Shown: piece after piece, positions 58,674 through 64,000 of the stretch
Layout of the letters: each line of letters starts with the position of its first letter
How positions within the stretch are numbered: the stretch's first letter is position 1
IMG/VR virus record: IMGVR_UViG_3300037067_011000
Location: 1-64,000 of that record
Source: a virus
Taxonomy: Duplodnaviria; Caudoviricetes
Reading direction: 5' to 3' (one strand)
Length of the DNA stretch: 64,000 nt
Notes under the pieces: generated by a model
What the model was told of the DNA's origin: nothing
Database searches by the model: none
What the model saw: only the letters and a program-made list of their open reading frames with translations
Translations under genes and position numbers: made by a program

Positions 58674-59389
58674 AATTCTTTTATTTTAGTCTTAATTATA
58701 TCAAAAACTGAACGTAAGGCTTTTCTGTTGTTTAAATAATAACTCCCATCATGCACCCTGTGTATATAAGATAATTCAGGAACTATTTTTAATTTGTATC
58801 CTTGTAACAACCACAAATAACTAAAATAGAATGAATCTAAAGTACTTAATCTTACATCTAAAACAGTTTGTTCAACCACATCTGTATATCTTTGTCTGTT
58901 GAAAAAATAATTTCCTGTATTCAACCATGTACTGAAAACTGAATTATCTATGTGTTCTTTTACATTTGTTCTATCTATATCCAATGTATTAAATTCTTTA
59001 TATGTCCAGTTAACCCCTTCCTTATTCAATTTGTACATTACCTCTGGACAATAAATTGTATCCTTATCCTTTTCTAAATTACTTACTTTTTCAATATAAT
59101 CATTATCAATAATATTATCACAATCCAATAAGATACACCATTCATTATTACATTGTTTTACAACTTTGTACTTATTCAAAAATGGACCAATATTTTCTAC
59201 ATTCCGATACAACTTTACTTTATCTGTATTTAATCCCTGAATAAGATTCCATAGTTTAGCATATTTATTAACATCAGAAAAATCATCCTGTATAATAATT
59301 TCACCCACCAAGGCATTACCCAAAACCTGAATGAATGACTCAATTGTCATTTCTACCCTATCATAATTTGCAATTGCTAATGAAATCAT
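58670..59389 (-). CDS. GT2-family glycosyltransferase
   Basis: ISLAIANYDR, IIIQDDFS, ENIGPFLNK, ILLDCDN. Confidence 0.8.
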   Translation of the reverse strand: MISLAIANYDRVEMTIESFIQVLGNALVGEIIIQDDFSDVNKYAKLWNLIQGLNTDKVKLYRNVENIGPFLNKYKVVKQCNNEWCILLDCDNIIDNDYIEKVSNLEKDKDTIYCPEVMYKLNKEGVNWTYKEFNTLDIDRTNVKEHIDNSVFSTWLNTGNYFFNRQRYTDVVEQTVLDVRLSTLDSFYFSYLWLLQGYKLKIVPELSYIHRVHDGSYYLNNRKALRSVFDIIKTKIKEL

Positions 59390-59390
59390 A

Positions 59391-60011
59391 CTAAGTATAT
59401 TTTAAATATAAAGCATCACCCCACGACTTTGGTTTGGCATCTGTGAGTATTCTCACAAACCCAAACTTCCCTAAGAACTTATCTAAATCATCTACAAGAA
59501 CACACCCTTTGTAAACTTCCTCAAAATTGACTTCTGAATAAATAATGTCAATTGTTTTTAATGTTTCTGTTGCTCCTTTAAATACTTCTAATTCATATCC
59601 CTGAGTATCAATATTGATCATATTAAACTTTGTACGATCAAATTCTATATTATCCAATTTATCCATTCTCACAATTTCCTTTTTATCAAACTTGATTTTT
59701 GGATATTGTTTCAAATGTATTTTAGGTTCAAGTATGGAACAACTCTGCCCTTTATTTGCTGTTTCCACAAACATTTCTTTCTCTCCTGTTTCATTTCCAA
59801 GAGCAAGTTGACAAATCAAAATGCTACCATCCACAGGTAAATTTTCTAATAGTTTAATAAAATTGTCATGAATAGGTTCAAAAAAGATCATATTTTTAAT
59901 CCCCTGCTTTTTGTAATCAAGATATTCCTGTCCATAGTGTGCCCCAATATGAATAACCCCATTAATTTGAAGATTATAATTGTTTACAATATTTTGCAAT
60001 TTCATCATCAT
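59391..60011 (-). CDS. FkbM-family methyltransferase
   Basis: VIHIGAHYG, IFFEP, CQLALG, INIDTQGYELEVFKGA. Start taken at the ATGA overlap, 60011. Confidence 0.88.
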   Translation of the reverse strand: MMMKLQNIVNNYNLQINGVIHIGAHYGQEYLDYKKQGIKNMIFFEPIHDNFIKLLENLPVDGSILICQLALGNETGEKEMFVETANKGQSCSILEPKIHLKQYPKIKFDKKEIVRMDKLDNIEFDRTKFNMINIDTQGYELEVFKGATETLKTIDIIYSEVNFEEVYKGCVLVDDLDKFLGKFGFVRILTDAKPKSWGDALYLKYT

Positions 60012-60784
60012 AATAATTTCCATTCTTTTGGTAAACAGAACTCTTTCATAAATTTTACCTGATTCTCTTCCTTTGTTCTCCACTGCTTTGGTGCAACAAC
60101 CACAGAATTTGAATCTTCATTTAATAATGCTGCCCAAGCACTAAATGTACTGTTGGCAATTATCTTTTGTTTGCAGGATTTTAACAATTCAAAATCAAAA
60201 TAATCCCCACCCTTTATAAACATCACATTTTGAAATCTTCTTCCTGTAAAATATTTTTGACACCATTTTATATCATCACTAAAAACAAGAATATCCCCTT
60301 TTACATATCTCAAAGCATTCTGATAATATGATAATGGTAAAACATTAAAAGCATTGTTTTTTACATAATCCCCTCTTCTGACATGAATCCCCACAGAATT
60401 GGTATTAAGAATCTGATTTTTTAATGTAATAAATTCAGGAATATAAAATTCTTCTTTCACACAAAATTCTTTTCTCAAAATTGGAAGAACATCTTTGTAA
60501 ATATTGATATACTGCCAATATCCCCAAAAATTACAATTGTCTAATTTTGTATATAATGGAGAAAATTCTTTCTCTCTGATTGTTCGTTGATTTAAAAAAG
60601 AACTGATTTTAACATCAGTATTGAATTTATTCAACCTGTATGGCCTTGAATCCTCATCAGCATGAATCTTCACCCTATAAGTCAAATCATATCTTACTTC
60701 AATTCCATTGGATTCCATTACTCTTCCAAAAGCATATTGAAATAATTGATTTCCTAATCCACCATATATCCTGATAACATTCAT
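60008..60784 (-). CDS. Alpha-1,2-fucosyltransferase-like (GT11)
   Basis: GGLGNQLFQYAF, GYWQ, GIHVRRGDY, VFSDD, IIANSTFSAWAA. Confidence 0.88.
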   Translation of the reverse strand: MNVIRIYGGLGNQLFQYAFGRVMESNGIEVRYDLTYRVKIHADEDSRPYRLNKFNTDVKISSFLNQRTIREKEFSPLYTKLDNCNFWGYWQYINIYKDVLPILRKEFCVKEEFYIPEFITLKNQILNTNSVGIHVRRGDYVKNNAFNVLPLSYYQNALRYVKGDILVFSDDIKWCQKYFTGRRFQNVMFIKGGDYFDFELLKSCKQKIIANSTFSAWAALLNEDSNSVVVAPKQWRTKEENQVKFMKEFCLPKEWKLL

Positions 60785-61512
60785 TCTTTATTAACTTTTT
60801 CTTTTTCTAATACATCTTGCACTTCATCTAAAGACATCTTGGGAAATTCTTTTATGGCACTGTCAGGACATATATTCCAAATAGTAATTCCCCTTCTTTT
60901 TGCATCTTTAGCAATATCTGCAAATCCTCTTAAATGCCTGTCAAATGGTAATGTAATTGGTTTCTTTGAAATCTTGGCAATTATACCCTTTCCATATAAA
61001 TCATGCCAATGTTGTCTTCTGTCATCACTTAATTTCATATCAAACCCAAGTAAAATAATTCTCTTTGCCCCTGCGTTAGCGGCTATGCTGATTGCTGCTG
61101 CCCCACTATTCCCATTCCAACTTGTCATTTGTGGATTGTCACTTATACCCTTTGGATATTTCATATCTCTTGGTGTAAATTTAACCCAATCATATTTCCC
61201 CATTTGGGGATGGCAAGAGACTTTTAATCCAGGGAATTTTGCCAATCCCTGTTGATGTTTTAAAAAGAACCCAATATCTCCAAAGAACACTATGTCAATC
61301 CAATCCCCAATCAAATATGCTACATTAATACCAATTACGTGTTTGTCATGTAAAAAACTCATATAAGGAGAATAGACGTTGGCAGGGGAAATCCCTTTTA
61401 TTACACTATCCACAACTTCATCTGGAATCCCAAACTGTTTTGGTATAGAAGCACCTCCCCCTATAATCCAAACATCTCCCCCTTCCCACATTCGAGGAAC
61501 CTGCCAAATCAT
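60781..61512 (-). CDS. DUF115/MptE-like (sialyltransferase-like fold) protein
   Basis: WIIGGGASI, VIGINVAY, GNSGAAAISIA...IILLGFDM. Confidence 0.62.
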   Translation of the reverse strand: MIWQVPRMWEGGDVWIIGGGASIPKQFGIPDEVVDSVIKGISPANVYSPYMSFLHDKHVIGINVAYLIGDWIDIVFFGDIGFFLKHQQGLAKFPGLKVSCHPQMGKYDWVKFTPRDMKYPKGISDNPQMTSWNGNSGAAAISIAANAGAKRIILLGFDMKLSDDRRQHWHDLYGKGIIAKISKKPITLPFDRHLRGFADIAKDAKRRGITIWNICPDSAIKEFPKMSLDEVQDVLEKEKVNKE

Positions 61513-61895
61513 TTTGTTCCTTTTAGTAAGTCTGCAACCAATGCTTCTGCAACATCTTTCTTGAGTGACTTTTCATTCATCACCTTTCCTGTATTGCTTA
61601 CAACATCAAACAAAAACAAACTCTTCCCATGAGGGACTGCCTCAAATGTAGGTTTTGTTATTTCCTTTGGTGTTTCAACATTCTCTTTTTCTTTTGTTGC
61701 AAGAGGTAGAAAAGTTGCATCCCCACTTAAAGGGATAACAAACTTTCTAAATGAAGATGATATTTCCTCTGGATAGGCTTCAAACTTCTCATTTGGTTTG
61801 ATAATTCTATTCCCTATTCTCAAAGAACCTCCTCCTATTTTTTGCCATCTTGGTTTTGATTCTACTTTAATGTCTTCACTTTTTGCTCGTTCCAT
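61509..61895 (-). CDS. Hypothetical protein directly after the major capsid gene
   Basis: 128 aa, same operon; no recognisable motif. Confidence 0.5.
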   Translation of the reverse strand: MERAKSEDIKVESKPRWQKIGGGSLRIGNRIIKPNEKFEAYPEEISSSFRKFVIPLSGDATFLPLATKEKENVETPKEITKPTFEAVPHGKSLFLFDVVSNTGKVMNEKSLKKDVAEALVADLLKGTK

Positions 61896-61946
61896 AATTT
61901 TATAATCTTTAATTTAAAAAATAATTTCTTGATTAGAAATTTTAAC

Positions 61947-63044
61947 TTATGCCAATTTTACTATACCGCACTTGCCATTCTGATCACTACGTATTTGCGG
62001 GACCTGAATGCAAAATGCCTTGAATTTCGTAACAAAAACACCTTCTTCTTTCCACTGTACATTTGTCAAACCAAGACCATTGACCAAACGAACTACATCA
62101 GGAGTCATTTGTACAAGAAGAATTGTATCATCTGCAAGAGTATCAATAACTTTAATACCTTTGATAACATCAATTTTCATAATACGATCCTTAATAGTAG
62201 TCCCTGGAGTAGTGGTATCATAGTCATCATACAGTACAATCCCATATTCTGTAGGAATGTACAACATGAATGGGCCATAATAGTAAGCAGCGTTTGCAGA
62301 TTTAATCATGTTCAATACATCATTTAAAATACCAGCAGCAGTTTTTGCTGAAGCATCCCAATGAGTACCAAGAGTAACAAGATTAATATCAGGAAAATTA
62401 ATATAACTATAAATCTTATTTCTGCTTCTGTCATCCACTTCTCCATAACCATAGGTCGTGTCAGTAAAAAGCATATTTTCCAATGTTTCATTAATTGCTC
62501 TTGCTGCCATCCTTGCATCAGTTGTATCCAATGGATTCCCCATATTACGACTGGTTGCCAATTCCCTTGCATTAATCTCATAATCAACATGAGTTATAGG
62601 AATTGGTAAATAATTGTGCTGATAATTAGGACGTTGATTTTCCCCTTTTGGAAGTCCATCCATACTAACAACAGCAGTCATCTTACCAGCCACATCATGC
62701 CATTCGAGAACAGTTGTTCCCATAGCATTGCCTAAATTGTAGGTAAGTCCATTTGCTCTCAAATCATCAATACCACCGAGACGGTACATTTTTTCCGCCA
62801 TTAAAGCAGCATCCAACTGTTTCCACTCATCCCTACGGAGAGTAGCATTAGATACAAGCTGAAGACCCCAATTTTCCCTTTTTGCAGGATCACCTCCTTT
62901 ATACATGGAAATATAAGGTCTCCCATCTGTTCCAATGAACGGACGTTTTGCCCCTGCATTAAATGTTCCATTGTTTTGGAGCATTTTAGCAAAATCTCCT
63001 TGGGCATGTCCGTTTGCCATTAAATCTATTTTTACATCAGGCAT
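61947..63044 (-). CDS. Major capsid protein (HK97 fold, encapsulin/Linocin-M18-like type)
   Basis: TLRRDEWKQLDAAL, PIPITHVDYEINARELATSR...LDTTDARMAARAINETLE, YYGPFMLYIP; strong SD. Confidence 0.85.
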   Translation of the reverse strand: MPDVKIDLMANGHAQGDFAKMLQNNGTFNAGAKRPFIGTDGRPYISMYKGGDPAKRENWGLQLVSNATLRRDEWKQLDAALMAEKMYRLGGIDDLRANGLTYNLGNAMGTTVLEWHDVAGKMTAVVSMDGLPKGENQRPNYQHNYLPIPITHVDYEINARELATSRNMGNPLDTTDARMAARAINETLENMLFTDTTYGYGEVDDRSRNKIYSYINFPDINLVTLGTHWDASAKTAAGILNDVLNMIKSANAAYYYGPFMLYIPTEYGIVLYDDYDTTTPGTTIKDRIMKIDVIKGIKVIDTLADDTILLVQMTPDVVRLVNGLGLTNVQWKEEGVFVTKFKAFCIQVPQIRSDQNGKCGIVKLA

Positions 63045-63072
63045 TTTCTTTTCCTCCTTTTTTCTTTTATAA

Positions 63073-63564
63073 TTACAGTATCATTACTTTTATACGAGGA
63101 TTATGATATGTCCCCCCTGCACTGGATTCTGAACCTTCTGGAAGAGTACTCAAATCCACAGCTTCTGTAGCAATACCAATAATGGCATTCTGTACAGAAC
63201 CAGTAGTTGAATCCCCAGGATCAGCAGCATGTAACTGTAATCTACCATCCCCATCTGATTCAAGAAATTGTCCAATCGTAATTGTCTGCTCATCTCTCAA
63301 AAGGGCATTTACAATATCCCCTCTTCCAGGAATCCATACCTGAACCCTGTCAGCAGCAGCATAATCATCATCAATCCCATGTCCCTGAAGAGCATCCTCC
63401 ACAGCAAACATTATAGGCACTACATTTCCACTGGCAGTGGCATGTGCAAGAACCTCATCATCTGAGTTAAATGCAACCAACATCCCAGGAATTATAGTAG
63501 CATGTGCTATCTTTTCTATGATAACATCACTGTACTTTTTTAACTTAATAGTATTTGCAGCCAT
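63073..63564 (-). CDS. Capsid decoration/cement protein
   Basis: Before the MCP; IIPGMLV...GHGIDDDYAAADRV...LESDGDGRL; strong SD. Confidence 0.65.
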   Translation of the reverse strand: MAANTIKLKKYSDVIIEKIAHATIIPGMLVAFNSDDEVLAHATASGNVVPIMFAVEDALQGHGIDDDYAAADRVQVWIPGRGDIVNALLRDEQTITIGQFLESDGDGRLQLHAADPGDSTTGSVQNAIIGIATEAVDLSTLPEGSESSAGGTYHNPRIKVMIL

Positions 63565-63576
63565 TCCTTTTCCTCC

Positions 63577-64000
63577 TTATTTTTTAACTTCAAATTCAAT
63601 TCCGGTTGGCAGTAAAATCTCTTCCGTACCTGCATTAGCATTCATGTTATTTGCATTTAAAGCATAATTCCCTGCTGTTGCACTTTCCTCTTTCACAACA
63701 GAATCATACACCCTTTTAATCAGGGCATCTGTCATAGTTCCAAATCCAGTATCAGGCCACAACTCTTTTGAAGTATTTGCCTGAATCCCCTGAATCATAG
63801 CATCCCTTTTTTCTTTTCTCTGCTGTCTTGCCCAAGCTACATCAGCCTGATCTTCTGCGGAGAGTTTATTAATTTCCACTGTCTTCTCAACGATCTTCTC
63901 TTTTTCAATCACCTTTGGAGTAATTGCTTTATCAAGAGCCTTTTCGCTAAGGACTTCCAACCATTCCCTATCTGTCTCATCAAAACCAGACTCCTTGTTT
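63577..64000 (-). CDS. Scaffold / prohead protease C-terminal part (5' end outside the window)
   Basis: The frame is open to the window edge, is charged and helical, and precedes decoration and MCP. Confidence 0.5.
   Translation of the reverse strand, partial: NKESGFDETDREWLEVLSEKALDKAITPKVIEKEKIVEKTVEINKLSAEDQADVAWARQQRKEKRDAMIQGIQANTSKELWPDTGFGTMTDALIKRVYDSVVKEESATAGNYALNANNMNANAGTEEILLPTGIEFEVKK

Noticed and set aside
1-64000. Integrase, repressor/lysogeny module, tRNA genes, anti-CRISPR or defence systems
   Set aside because: None was recognisable by eye. Absence cannot be proven without searches, and part of the genome lies outside the window.

Overview
This window is most of the genome of an AT-rich, tailed dsDNA phage. 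It has a tail tube, a tail-chaperone frameshift and a long tape measure, with no sheath seen, so it is siphovirus-like. The host is probably Bacteroidota, inferred from TAnnTTTG-type promoters and SD-less early genes. Two oppositely transcribed arms are present. The plus strand (about 2.6-41 kb) carries small early ORFs, a pentapeptide-repeat protein, an SNF2 helicase, a sigma factor, primase, initiator, helicase, ParB, two DNA methyltransferases, a sliding clamp, a family A polymerase split into three genes, a clamp loader, SSB, RecA, RuvC and an Mre11/split-Rad50 set. The minus strand carries a PAPS-reductase-family gene, terS and the start of a probable terL at the left edge, and scaffold end, decoration, major capsid, head-tail, tail and lysis genes at the right. 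The rest of terL and the portal lie outside the window. No integrase, tRNA or CRISPR array was recognised. The two strongest signals are: (1) a 7-kb, translationally coupled cassette of nine predicted glycan-building or glycan-modifying enzymes inserted between the capsid and head-tail genes, suggesting a phage-encoded virion glycosylation/sulfation system; (2) an intein in the DNA methyltransferase whose HNH endonuclease is encoded in the +1 frame while the intein frame stays open. All family assignments come from motifs read by eye; no database search was run.
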